Shown in pieces: positions 49,362 to 62,800 of a DNA stretch of 64,000 nucleotides (the stretch's first letter is position 1; every line of letters starts with the position of its first letter). The position numbers were made by a program, and so were the translations under genes. The notes beneath the pieces were generated by a model. The model did not search any database. It had not been told where the DNA came from and saw only the letters and a program-made list of their open reading frames with translations. Location: NCBI GenBank assembly GCA_965644295.1, contig CBFFRP010000058.1, forward strand, positions 62,001 through 126,000, given 5' to 3'. Source of the stretch: Paraphysomonas bandaiensis (taxonomy: Eukaryota; Protista; Chrysophyceae).

Positions 49362-51585
49362 ATGTTAGATTATGATAATAGTGCATTCTATTATTTTGCT
49401 ATTACATTTTTATGCTTTTATCTAATACCAGGTACATGGTATTTTATATCTGAATGTATACAAGCATTTAGTAGTACTAAATCTACTGATATTAATCCAC
49501 GTACATCATTGGAAAAAAATAAATCAACACAATTAAAAAAAAAGACAACTGGGATTGCAAGATTACAGAAATGGCCATTTATTATTAATTTCATATTCCT
49601 TATTATTGCATACATGTTGTTCTTTTATCTTTTCCAAATGGTGTATACTCATGGTGAAGTTAGTAGATTTGATCCATATCAAATACTTGGCATTGAACCT
49701 GGACTTGATGTTGGGGATATTAAGAAAGCCTACAGAAAGCTCTCACTAAAGTACCATCCTGACAAGAACCCCGGAGATAAAGTGGCCGAAGAAATGTTTA
49801 TGAAGATTGCGAAAGCATATGAAGCCCTTACGGATGAAGTTGCCAGAGAAAACTATGAGAAATTCGGCAACCCTGACGGGAAGCAGGCGCTTGAGGTCTC
49901 GATTGGGTTGCCAACTGCCATTTTGGAGAACCCGAAGGTGGTGTTGGTCCTCTATCTAATTGCAATGGTCATTGTCATTCCTGTGGGTGTCGGACTGTGG
50001 TATGCCAACTCGAAACAATACGGTGAAAAGAATATCAAATACGAAACCTACTCTCTCTTTTATCAGCTTTTGACTGAGGGGACTCGTATCAAAATGATGC
50101 CCGAGGTACTTTCTACGGCTGTCGAGTGTCGAGATCTGCATCAGACGGACTGGCCCAGAGAAGAGGTGACCAAATTTTACGGGAAGTTACTTGCCTCCAA
50201 GCAAATGCAAAAGGCTAAGATTGATCACCCTACAATGCTGCAGACGAATCTGCTGTTGCATGCCCACGTTTTGCGCTTGGATAGCGATATCACCCCTGTA
50301 AGTCGAATATAAATACAGGCTTATTGTGCTGATGCTCTATAGGTTATGCGAAAACAACTTGATTCTATTCTTCAAGTTTCTCCGGAGCTGGTTGAAGGAA
50401 TGATTGCCATCGCCCATCAGAAGAGATATTTGCAGACCACCATCGCCACCATCAAGTTCTCGCAGTGTCTCATACAGCGACTCTGGCACACAGACAGTTC
50501 GTTGCTTCAGCTACCACACTTTACGGAGGCAGAGGTCAAAGGAGCTAGTCGTAAGGGACAGGTGAAATTTCTGAGAGATTATTTGAACCTTCCAGATGAG
50601 GAGAAGAGAGGCCTTGCGAAGGTCAGTGATGAGGAGCGCAACGACATTCTGGTCGCCTGTAACGAGATCATTCCCCGCCTCAGTGTCAACTACAAACTGT
50701 TTGTTGAAGAAGATGAAGAAGAAGAGGAGGCACCAGAGGAGGTGAATGAGGATGAGTCTAACGAGGACGAATCTCTATTGAAGTACAAATCTGTTGCCGC
50801 GGCTGCTGCAGCCATTAGTGGAGAGCGCATATATGAGAAGGATGTAGTTACTCTACGTGTGATTCTCACCCGTGAGAATGTCCCAGAGGTAACTTCGACA
50901 TAACCGTTGTTCTTATATAATGGGTGTTTAGGGTGAAGTTGCTCCTCCTGTCCATGCCCCCTACTTCCCTCGTCCTCTGCGTGAAACCTGGTGGGTTGTG
51001 CTCACCGACAAGCCCAAGGCCGACCCTCGTAAGAAGGGTAGTGAGCCTCGGGCAAATATGTACGCTGTAGAGAAGATCAGTAAGCAAGACAGGGTCGTCC
51101 AGCACGAAATCAGGTTTGGTGCCCCCGACAAAGCTGGGAAATATCAGCTGGAGCTAAATGTGTACTCGGGATGCTATATGGGGCTCGATCAGACTGTAGA
51201 AATCGAATTTGAGGTTTTTCCCGCCACAGAGCTTCCAGAATACGTTCCTCATCCTGAAGATGTATGTAATATGTTTCGGGAGTTTTATGACCTATTAATG
51301 TGTGTATAATTCAGGTCCAGTTGGATAACGAAGCGTCTCTATTCGAACAGATGTTGGTGTCCAATCTTGACGAGGAAGAGAGCTCTGACGAGGATGAATC
51401 AGACGATGAGGATGGTAAGTAGCTATATTGATTCTATTTGTCTGCTGTGTGATGACATAGTGTATGAAGTAGCCAGTATGACGGCTGCCCAGCGTAAGAG
51501 ACGGCAGAAAAAGCAAGCCGCTAAGGCCACAGATAAGGCTGAGAGCGACGATGGTTCTGATGACGGCTCCGAGGATGAAGACTAG
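49362..51585 (+). CDS. SEC63: Translocation protein SEC63, multi-exon
   Basis: LDYDNSAFYYF; transmembrane segments; J-domain FDPYQILG...YHPDKNPG; YGNPDG-like motif; Sec63/Brl domain LLQLPHF; VHAPYFP; acidic tail. Confidence 0.95.
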
Positions 51586-52444
51586 GCAGTTTCTTCGTAC
51601 AATCGAACCACAGATAGGAGAATTTCTTACTTAAGCATAGCGTGTCAATTAGTTAGATTTCTATTGCGATCTGATTTGTGGATTGATTGGAGCATTATCA
51701 CGGAGGTAAATGTTGGAATGGTAGAATTAAACGAGCAATTGGCTTAGACGCATGACTAGCTTTTATGCTAGGCATAATGTGTAGCACGCGTGATGCACTT
51801 GCTGCCTTAGATAATAATGAATTTCGATATTGAATTCGCTATTGCATATGTTATTCATCCTTTAACCTACTTGACCAGACCTTTACAGTTAACCTTGATA
51901 GTGTAATTCATCGTGGTTTAGTAATCCTCCCCTCAAGACATACCCAAGTAAAAAATATTGTATGAAACTCTCATCTCCGCGGCACTGTGAGTATTCGTGA
52001 TGTACTTTAGGTTTCCTGGTTAAGCTGCTTTTGGGACTATTTCTACTTCTGGCGACCACTAAATATCTTACCTATCAGCATATTTTCAACTCTGGTGCTA
52101 TCTTACTACCAAACATTAAACAACTACGTCTGTGCGCGCACTCATGGCTGTATAAAATCGAATATGTTTTAAGTTTAGAACCGGGACTAATGTTTTTCAT
52201 TGTTCTTTTGCTGCAGAATATATAGTCTAGTTGAGTGAATTACTTGATTTAAGTATATCGTACTTTTTATAGTTCCTAGGGTACCACCATTTTTAGCTCA
52301 TGCAAACAATGCATTCGCCGAACAATTTCAGGACAGCTGATTAGAGATTCTTTTGTTTGAGAGGTGTGCTAATGGAATATCTGCAACGCCTGTAGTTTAA
52401 GGGATATTGTATCTTTGACTATTGGGTCGCAGGATATCTTGATG

Positions 52445-52735
52445 CCCTCAACAGAGTCGGAATCACACCTGAGTGATATCTCCCATAGCCAAATGTGGTG
52501 GTGCATGTGACAAAAAGAAAGATCTCTTGCTGCCTGCTGAATCAACCATCGGTGATGAGTTCACCTTTAAGGACTCTAAAATCCTGAACTCAGCAGATGC
52601 CAGGTATATATTAGTATTCTGCTTGCTCACTGCGTTTGCTTTTTTGAATGATAGATACCAAATATCTGTTCACATTATTGGGCATCTGTGTGGATCATGG
52701 ATGTAATGGCAACGCGATTAGACCAGTTATGTTTA
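52445..52735. repeat. Diverged, deleted relative of the 12062-13272 insertion
   Basis: Shared collinear blocks: CCCTCAACA.AGTCGGA.TC.CACCT, CATAGCCAAATG, GCTGCCTGCTGAA, TCAGCAGATG.CAGGTATAT, ATTCTGCTTGCTC.CTGCGTTTGCTTT, GTTCACATTATT.GG.ATCTGTGTGG, GATTAGACC. Confidence 0.8.
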
Positions 52736-53303
52736 GCAGCAGCCCAAGTTGAGATATACTATGTTCGTCTTGTGGATTCAGCTGTTCATGCATGATAATG
52801 ATGCACAATGACCAAGCAAGGACATAACTGTCCATCATATACACTGTATTCCAGTGTATTTCATAGATGCAATCAAAAATTAACCGACCCTCTGTATGTA
52901 TATATATATACCGGTATACAGCACTGTATACCACTACTAAACTACATACGATCTTTATACACCAGCAGTATACAATTCTCTGGAAGCATATGTATGGTAT
53001 GTACTCTAGACAAGTGTATATGGTACATGGTATAGAGCATATGGTGGTGTAGGTGTATGTATACATATCAGATACATACATAACCATATATACAATCAAC
53101 ACATACACATATCACACTCTTACAATATATACAACTAAGTCATAGTATTCTACCATATCATATGGTATTGTTTGATTATATGATATTATATTCCATACAA
53201 GATACGGATATACTTCCCTCATGATGATGTGTTAACGGCATCTATATATATGCATCTCATACTATAGTAATAACATATATATACATTCAAAGATATTATT
53301 AGA

Positions 53304-54521
53304 ATGTTAATGAGAAATATTACACATATGAAACAATTTATATCTTCTATAAGACGACATCGAATTGTTTTTTATAGAAGATTAACATCACAAAAGGAAA
53401 CAGGGAAAGAATCTGTGAATAAATCTACTAATGAAGCTGTATCACATGAAGGCAGTTCAACCAAGAAATCATCTTCATTTTCTTCATATACACAAGCTAT
53501 TAATCACTCTATTGGTGATATCGAGAGAGTTTTAATGGATCGAATACATGAATCGAATAAAAGGCGTTTTAGGATAGTATTCTTCTCGACTGTGTTTGGT
53601 ATTTTTTGGTTTTTTGCTGTGTTTGGTGGAACAATATCGAAAAAGCTAAGAAGTTTAACAACTGGTCTAGCCTTGGAAACTTTAGAAGACAAATCCATCA
53701 AAATCCAGACTCAGGAGCTTGCAATGGCAGTGGTGCAAACTGTTCTTAATGACAAAGAAGTTACAGCACAGGCTGCTGCATTTTTGCGTGAGGCCTCACA
53801 CACACCGGAAACTCAAGAGGCATTGCTTCAACTTACTCTACATGTACTACAGCACCCAGACTCTGTACAAGAGCTCTCAGTGCTTACTAAACGAGTTGTA
53901 GCTGAGCTGGCTAACGATAAGGTCGTAATATGTAAACACACCGTGTATCTTTTCTCAAATCTCGCAACAGGAAACAATACGTCACATTGGTGAGCTTCTC
54001 TGTGAGGTGTTTAATAGTCCACTTATGATGTCTCGGCTGAGCGCACTCGTCGGGGAATTGTGTCAGGACAAGGAAGTGTACGGAGCTGTTTCTGATCTAG
54101 CTGTAAAGGTGGCAGCGGAGCCACCTGTAGTAGAAGTATGAAATGTTTTTACGTCTCGTTGGTGCTTGTCTAATGACATGTTTTTAGGCCGTCAATGAGT
54201 TGCTGCTTAACTCAGCTAACTATGTATTGAATGACGAAGAGGTGTGAGATTACCCATTCATTTTTACCCTTATACTTTTGGAAATGTAGATTGCATCACA
54301 CTCAAGGCAGTTTGTGGAGGACGTTATGCGGGACGATAAGCTACAGAGGGAAGGCGGAAATGCGATATGGAACAGTGTGTATCACGCTCTTGCACCAGGG
54401 GCACTCAGGTAGACATTCTGTTGCTTCTAGCTATTACCTCTTACGGTGTTAAAGGATTGTTGGGTTTGGAGTTGTCTGCGCCTCTGTTGGATTGGCAGGG
54501 CTAATGTTTTCTCCTTATTAG
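53304..54521 (+). CDS. Hypothetical helical membrane protein with a possible mitochondrial presequence, about 5 exons
   Basis: Arg/Ser-rich N-terminus, hydrophobic segment, amphipathic helical repeats; short GT-AG introns link downstream exons to ...LMFSPY*. Confidence 0.7.
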
Positions 54522-56457
54522 GGAATATGCAAATGGTTTATGATAGATATATGTGATTTTTTTGTTGCCTCATCATGTGTAGAGAATGTTTTATCATTTT
54601 TGAGGTCGTAGATTTGTAGTAGCATTGCATTTTCCTATTAGGTGATCACTGTAGCCATCACACTCTACTCTGTTAATAGATATTGTTACTGAATCAGAGT
54701 ATCACATTTCTACGTTTTGCAGTCCATTTACCACTAGCTGGAAGAGATATTTGCAACCAGCAACACACTCTTTATTTCTACCTACAGCATTGCTGCACTT
54801 CGTTCAGCGTGCATTAATACTTTTCCAACACTGCGATGTGGGTATACTTGCCGACGATATTTTGCATCAAAACGAATAATTTGACGTGTGTACTAGTATG
54901 TAGTATTCTACAAAATACAAAGAACATGGACAGCGTCAATAATACTACTCTGTCAGTGTTTGTCAACAATACTTTGAAATCTATTGGGGTCTCAATCTAT
55001 TGTCCACAACCCTTACCACATTTATATTCAAGTATGATGCCTTCGCTCCAACAAAAACATTCGATATATTCTTAACTTTTCTAACGTAGCTTTAAAACCA
55101 ACGCTAGCATGTCACCTTAAAATCAAAAGGTATATCATAATACAAAAATAGTACAACACCATAAGACAGCACTATCTATTTTTTTTAATATACGTAATTA
55201 AAGTGCTGTAGTGTATATGTTTGTTATGTTGGTATAGCAAATGAACTTGCAGCGATATCAAACTACAGCGCTCATATCGGTCAGAATGGACGTTAATTAT
55301 TCATGTTATTACGGCAAGTCTATGACATACTGCTAGACGGACATAGAACAGAGATATAAAAGTACGAACTAAAGTCTAGAACATAGTGCATAAGTACAGC
55401 AATGTATAGTATAGTACATAGTATTGTATATTGGGTATAGTATACAGTTTATAGTATATATAAATCACAAATCACACAATGGAGTTATAACAGTTTCCAC
55501 GAGTTCTCCATAAAGCATTATGTATCACATGTTTTGCCTTTAATATTGGTGGAGGGGTTCATGGAGAATATGCTTGTTGCCTATGGCTATGGCTATGGCT
55601 ATGGCGGGCTATGTACTATATAACGAGTATCCAAATAAGATGCATATCCACATCATATCCACACAACTTTCAGGAAATATACTGCATTTTGAACTCTTTT
55701 CTTTTAAAACTCTAATTTTGGCGCTAGGAAGTTATTAAAAAGGCCACTTATTCAAGTTTTGCTGCTTCGTATATCTTGTGGTAGTATACCGTGTCGTATA
55801 CCATTGTATACAGTAGTCCAATACATTGTACGAGTTTTATAGTGGGAATTCACTGAAAGTGAAGAAAAAGGTCAAAAATCATGAAAAAGTACCTTTTATA
55901 TTTAATTCCATAACTTTTTTAATTTTAGCAATCGAAATACAATGATTTTTAACACGAAAATATACCGTACATTGGAGAACTAAAATAGTGAGTTTCTATT
56001 TACAAAAATAAAGGATTTTCATCATATTTATTTCCTATATACTACAAGTACGTACAGTATATACTGATATTGTATACAGAGTGTGTGTCCACGTACTAAT
56101 GATGGTAATGATACCACACGAAGTGGACGAAGTTCGATGTATTGAAGTGTAAAGTTCAATGCACGCACTTCGTTTGATTTCGATTATGAATAACAAGGAG
56201 ATGATACTGTGCGTCATATATATGTGTATAGGGGAGATATATATACTTATATATGTATACATGCATATTATATATAGTGATTTATAATATGATTGATATA
56301 TAGATAGATGAGTAGAGTAAAGAATAAATGATATGATTTCATTACAGGAGCTTCTATAGTCATAATGTGAATAGATTTTTATTGAGTATGAGTGGATTAT
56401 GAGGGTTATCTATACAGGCTACCATATCATGTCAATTAACATCAATTATATTACAAA

Positions 56458-58447
56458 ATGATGTCATCTATGGAACGTTTTGCTGCAAAAAAGATTCAGA
56501 TATTAGAGGAAAGAAAAAAAGCATTAGAGAAGAAGAGGGTTATACCAGCAGTGTATAGTCTATCAACAGTAAAACAAAATGAATTGAATAAATTCTTTGG
56601 ATATCCTGAACCACCTACTATTATATATGCTTTGGGTCGATCTGGTTCAGCGGCTGTATGGTGGCATTATGATAATGACTCTGATATTATTGAATGGGAA
56701 GTGCATCGTTACCGAAAGGATCTTTCAGGTGATACTTGGAAACATAAGGGGTCGATAACTGTAAAGTTTCTCAAGAAAATTAAACAAATTATATTCGAGG
56801 GGTTATCTAATGGAAGAGAGGTAACTAAAATTACTGTACATGTATATTCTTCTAATTCTTTCCAGTACCGGTTTTCTGTTAAAACTCGGAACAAGCAAGG
56901 TTATAGCCAGGAGTCGGTGTACTCTAATCCGGTTATGGTTGAAGCAGATCTCCCCTTTGGCTGGAGACGTGTGCTCAACGAAAGCACACAGCAGTTCGTA
57001 TACAGTAATAGTAACCTTAACCAGGTAATTTTATTTAAATCATTCTTCATATCTTGGATCTGACCAATTATAATATAGACACTAACGTCCCGTCCTGATA
57101 TCGACCCATACTTTCTTGAGGAATATGTAGCTGAGATCTTTGATAGTAAAGAAATCCACCATCTGAAAGAACTTTATGATGAGGTATGCTATTTGTACAT
57201 TCCATACTCTCCTGAGCAGTGTGTAGGAGGTTCTCCACTTCGGAAAGGTAACTATTTTGAGGTACAAGGAGATACTCTATGAGGTAGGAGAGAAGATGGA
57301 ACGACGGGATATACAATTTATTTTCAGGGTACGATGCACTGTTTTTGAGTATTTTCTTTATGGAACTCCCATAGCACTACCTCAACGATGAGTTGGAGAT
57401 TACAACCTACCAGAAATTTATGGATATCACTGCTTATATTAAGAAAGAAAAGAAGGAGGGCCGAATTTTTAATACCGACATAAAATCTAAAGAAAAGCGA
57501 ATACAGAAAAAGCTTGTAAGGAAGAAAGATTTCTCTGTCGGAAGTTGGTGAGTTGAATAGACTGACTTCTACAACTACGCGATATATAATTTAAAATGCA
57601 CAGGCTTGTGACGTGGCACCCTCTGGCCGAACGATGGCAGTATGTAAACATGGAGTGTGAGACGGAAGTTTTGTGGTGCATACCAAATCAGGTCAAATTC
57701 TACCTCACACCGAGTGAGTGGGATAAGGTACACTCAATTATTATAACTTCACAGTGTCAGTCTGATATGGTTTTATTGTTACAGTTGCATAATACCTTTG
57801 ACTTCGGCATGGTGGAACGAATTAAACTACAGTTTGAAGCAATAAACAGATCTCGATCAGGATACGTCGATGAGACCGAGTTCAACGCATTTTTGGATGC
57901 TGTTGATGCTGGGGTGCGAACATGTAGTGTATGCACAATAAGTAGCTGATCAATATTTTAGGGAGATGTGATCACCAGACAACTCTTCTTTCGTTCTGTG
58001 GATAAAAATCGAAACGGGTGTGTTCAGTTTTCAGAGTTTGCAATGTTGATGTGCAAACTTGCCAAGCGGAAACCAAAGACCGGAATGCTGCATAAACTGG
58101 AGTCTTTTGGCTTACTTCAGGAGATTGCACAGAACGGGCCTGTGTTTCCACTTGAAGCATCTACAAATTCTCAAAATAGAGATCCACATGGAAAGTATCG
58201 GACTGGTGATAAAGACGAGGTTGCATCAATAGAAGAGATAATTGTGAAGCCTTCATCTATACTGGATAAAATATTCAAGTCTAATACGTTTTATTGCCTT
58301 TTCAGACCAACGAAGGCAAAAATTGCTGCCATGTCCTCACGAATTCTGGAGTTTACAGCTTTACAACAGCGGGTAGGCCCACATAGAAGATACTGCATGT
58401 GTGGTTGTCGAAATTTAGATATCATTGATGAAATCATAGAGGAATGA
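56458..58447 (+). CDS. FN3 plus WW plus EF-hand domain protein, multi-exon
   Basis: FN3 (PEPP..AAVWW..GLSNG..YRFSVKTRNKQGYS..S); WW (LPFGWRRV..FVYSN); second WW-like (WQYVNMECETEVLWCIP); EF-hands (NRSRSGYVDETEF, DKNRNGCVQFSEF). Confidence 0.8.
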
Positions 58448-59863
58448 ATGAAATGATGTCGTTGCATAGAGGACATCAATCAATCCTTCTAGTATTGATA
58501 GTAGCGAGTTTTGAGCCATAAATAAGAATATATATGGTGTAGAAATATTGAAGACGCCATGATACATATATCTCTGTGCGATGCATATTCGTAAGTGCAA
58601 TTTTATATTGCTGTACCAAGGTAAGCCTATATATTGGTTATTTGGTTAAACTCTTTCTATCTCATGTGTTATCACACAGAAACGAGGGAAGATTAATATA
58701 GAATATAATATATAGGTAGGACTAGTGCAATAATCGTAAATATGTAAAATGTAGGTATGTCTCTACAACGAATTCATGTAGTAATAATATAGTGCAAGTA
58801 TGTTGCAGCCGTTTAGTTCTAATAGAAATACGTAATACTTATTAAACCTTATTAAACAATATGAAGAATAGCTTAGAATGATTTTAACATACAGGCAATT
58901 TGAATTTGCGAGTTAGTTTAAGCATTTCGGGTGACTGCATCACTTTTGTGTAGTAGCAACGCACAGCTCACAATAACACTGGGACTTCAACATGATTTTC
59001 AGTGCTGTATTCTTAAACCATATGATACAAATAAGAGTCGATAGCAATGGCTTATTCATCAACACGGTAATCATATATACAAGTTTCAGTAGTTGGCGAA
59101 GTTGTGGTCAATTTATCACAGAATAAATATCTGTGTATGCACTAAACAAGAAGTATCAGTAGTGCGCTATTAGATGATAATGTGCAGGATATATTCATCT
59201 AATGCAGTCCAAACTTTACCATCACTTGACACCTTTACCATCAAGTCCAAACCACAATCACTACAATGCTATTATCTCAATAGAAATATAAGATCATTAG
59301 CCTTTGGTATACAACATATCTTTTACCAGTTATATGCTTGCAGCAGTTGGATATCTGTGGGTGGGAAAAAGTTGACCTGGCAAAAAATCCCAGAGTTTTA
59401 GCTGTATACTCTGTTTTGATGGTCAATATACTGTATTTCTGCTCAAACAACGAAAAAAGGGAGATCTTGCACATAGTGTGTGTATTTTCGTGCGATGCAA
59501 GTATTCGTATGGTATTATTGCGACATAGTGATTATGTCTATGTACGGTTATGTATAGTAGTATACCGTATACCGTACCTATCTCTGTATATGCAATTATT
59601 CGGACAAACGGAGTTCTGTAATTGTAGAAGTGAAATATTTAGTAGAAAAAAAATGAAGTCAAGAAGTGTATATATTGAGAGAGTATGTGAATATGGTGAA
59701 GTTGTTTTATAATGTAGATGATAGTAATCCATACATATAGTCAAGTATATATATATATATAATGAGACTGGAGCTCATATGAGTTATCCATTCAATGGTT
59801 ATACTTATAGTATCTCTAATTAATCATAGAGATCATATATCACATCCTTAAAATCATAAAATT

Positions 59864-62800
59864 ATGACAGAATTAATGAAGGATGATACAATACAAATGA
59901 AATTATATTCTAATCATTTAAATGAATTAAAATTAATAGCAAATAAATATAAATTAGAATATATTTGTGATTATTGTGATCAAGCTTTAATTATATTGAA
60001 TGATAATGATAATCATCAACATGTACAATTGGAAAAAAAGAAACCTACAGCAATTGATATGATCACGGCAGGATTATCATCACAAGATATTAATTATAAT
60101 ATAAGATTTAGTCGACCATGGAGTTATAATGATAAAATTAAAAGAGGAACTTCATCAGTATTTGGTGTTGGAGCATTAAATCCTAATGATTATGAAAATG
60201 TTACATCAGAAAGTATATTGAATGCTCCGATAACTGATATGTGTCTCATTCAACGTAGTGAGACTGTTCCAGATGGGTACTACCGACTAGCAAGGACACC
60301 TTCTAACAAGAAGGCTGATCTTAACACTGGTTCAGGTGGAACTCATTTATATTTGTGCATCAAGAAGTCTACCAATGATGATGTTCCACCCATTTCGTCT
60401 ATTATTGTTATATACCCAGATAAGAAAGAGTATGTCCCTCCGGGATTTTCTGTGGTGAAGCGCGGTGGGAAACCATGCAATATCAACTCAGGCACTAGTG
60501 CGGAACGTATTTTCATTTGCTATAAACGCGATGCTTCATGTTACCCAATCGTTGATGTACAAGTGTATTTCCCGACAAAAAATGAATCTCCTCCTACGTC
60601 ATTCATGAAACTGTCAAGGTCAATTCGGAACCACCGAGTGGATCTCAATATGGGTACTGGTGCACCACTTATTGGTGTTTGTTATCGCCTTGACGTATCT
60701 GGCCTGGATTGCCTTATACCTCGAGACCCCCATGTGACTCTAGAGGGAATGAATTCCAGTGATATGAATTCTCGTCAATCCGGGGGAAGTTGGGCGGTGC
60801 GGGATTCCCAATGGAAAGGTGTGATAGAGCGACGGACATCAAATCAATCTAGTGTAGACTTGAGTGAGGACTGGGACTACGAAAAGGAGGTGAAACGTGT
60901 TAGTGTGATGCAAGACGTAGTTGAGGACGAAGTAGTTTCCACTCCTCCCGGAACCAGCAATGGAAGGGAGGAAACGACGTCCTCCCTCTCTGCGGATGAC
61001 GAAGGCGACAAAACACCTCATCAGCAAACACGGGGACATCGACGACTGTCGAGTACCGGTACCGTAGGTGATACAGAAGAAGGGGATAAGAGAACCCGTA
61101 GGTCAACGCTGCTAGATAACGTCAACAAAGATGATGATAGCATCAGCGGTCAGTCAATGACAACCTCTATGATTGACCCCAATGAACAGCGTGATACCTT
61201 AATTGGCCTAAGTTTACGTAGTGACCAGGTGGTTACTATTCATGGTGAGCCCATTCCAAGAGCCGACGGCTATTTCCTCAGGGCTGTCTTATCCGGTGTT
61301 TTTGGCACTGGCGAGGTGCTTAGTGTTAGTTTGTCTATCCTTGTGGCAGTGATTGAGGAAGGCTCACTATTGAAGGACTGTTTCTCTGGAAGATCCTCTT
61401 CAGAGAGTACTACAATGTTAGATGTGACTGTATGTGCACTGTGCGAAAGGTTAGATGGGTGCGTGGAGGTAGTAAATTCTAAAATTCTTGAAGTTTTTCA
61501 CCATATTATCAAGCGCTCTAAAGGAGTTCTGACTAAGTTTTGCACTCAAAATATATTTAGAGCGTTATCGTTCGTATGTTCAGCGTGCTCAACGAGGCCG
61601 GATTGGGTGGTTGCGGGTTATCCTACACCGGCGGAGGAGGATGGACAGGAATTGTACGCATTCTCAGTTCTCAGAGAATTAATAAAACAAGTGACTTCTC
61701 TGGCTGGGCGTTGTGACCTGGACCATCCCCTGCCTAATGTCTATATGTCGTGTGGGGATATTATTGAGGTGCACGAGGAACACTCTGTGAGTAATTATGA
61801 TCTTTCGCATCTTCTATCTCGTGGAGAAACCCATGTTATCATGTGTGACTTGGTGACCGAGTTTGTAGATGAAATTATGGATTCTGTTGAGACGTCAAGA
61901 GTTTCTGAAATAGCGTTGTTGGGCACTGCGAAGAAAACGTCGTCAATATTATCTCCTTTTTTTTGGAGTCAAATGAACTCAGTTTCCAAGTCACTCTTTT
62001 GTGATTATGAAGTGCAAAATGCTTTTATTCTCTTGGCTGCGTTATGTAAGTGGTCGTGGTTAGATATCAAGCCAGGAGACAGTGGAGAATTTGCACCAAG
62101 GCACCTGGGAAATAAACTTCTATCTATAGAGGCTCTGAGCGAGTTTTGTCGTGTTTCTGGTCCAAATTTACGCATGTCTAAGATTATGGGGTATCAAATA
62201 CGACGGCTAGTGGTCTCCTCCATGTTCTGGAATATTCAGTACTCACTTTTGGAGCCAAGAATATTCTCGAAACTTCTCAAGCTTGTGAGTGTCTTGTGGG
62301 AGAACTGGAGAGAGCATATCAGACTTGAATTTCCTGTATTATGTGAGCAACTTGTTATAAAGATTTTACAAGCACCGACTGTTAAAATGCCACCAGTGTA
62401 TCATATCATTGCAATGAAAGAGGTTATGAAGTGGTTCGAGCAGCCTCACATGCTCGTGGAGATGTTCGTTAATTTTGATATGGACGGAGTGGTAGTGTCC
62501 GATTGGAATATATTTGCTCATCTTATTCGGGCTGTGTGCACTTTCGCAGAAAAGTCGTCACGTCCTATAATTCCTGGAAGTGGGGCAGGCCCTTTTCCAC
62601 CTGAAGCTTCTTCAGTTGGATCTGTATCCACGATGTTCGGCTCTAATTGCGTGCAAGTGAGCCCACGAGATGTGAAGATCAGAGCCTTGGAAGTTGCGGC
62701 TCACATCACTCGGGCTATCATGGATGCTACTGGTCATGCGAATCTAATACACATGGACATTATTGCAAACGACGACTGTGCCGAAGACTTGTCCAAGGGT

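Noticed and set aside
55580-55605. (CTATGG)4 repeat
   Set aside because: Short simple repeat with no supporting context.
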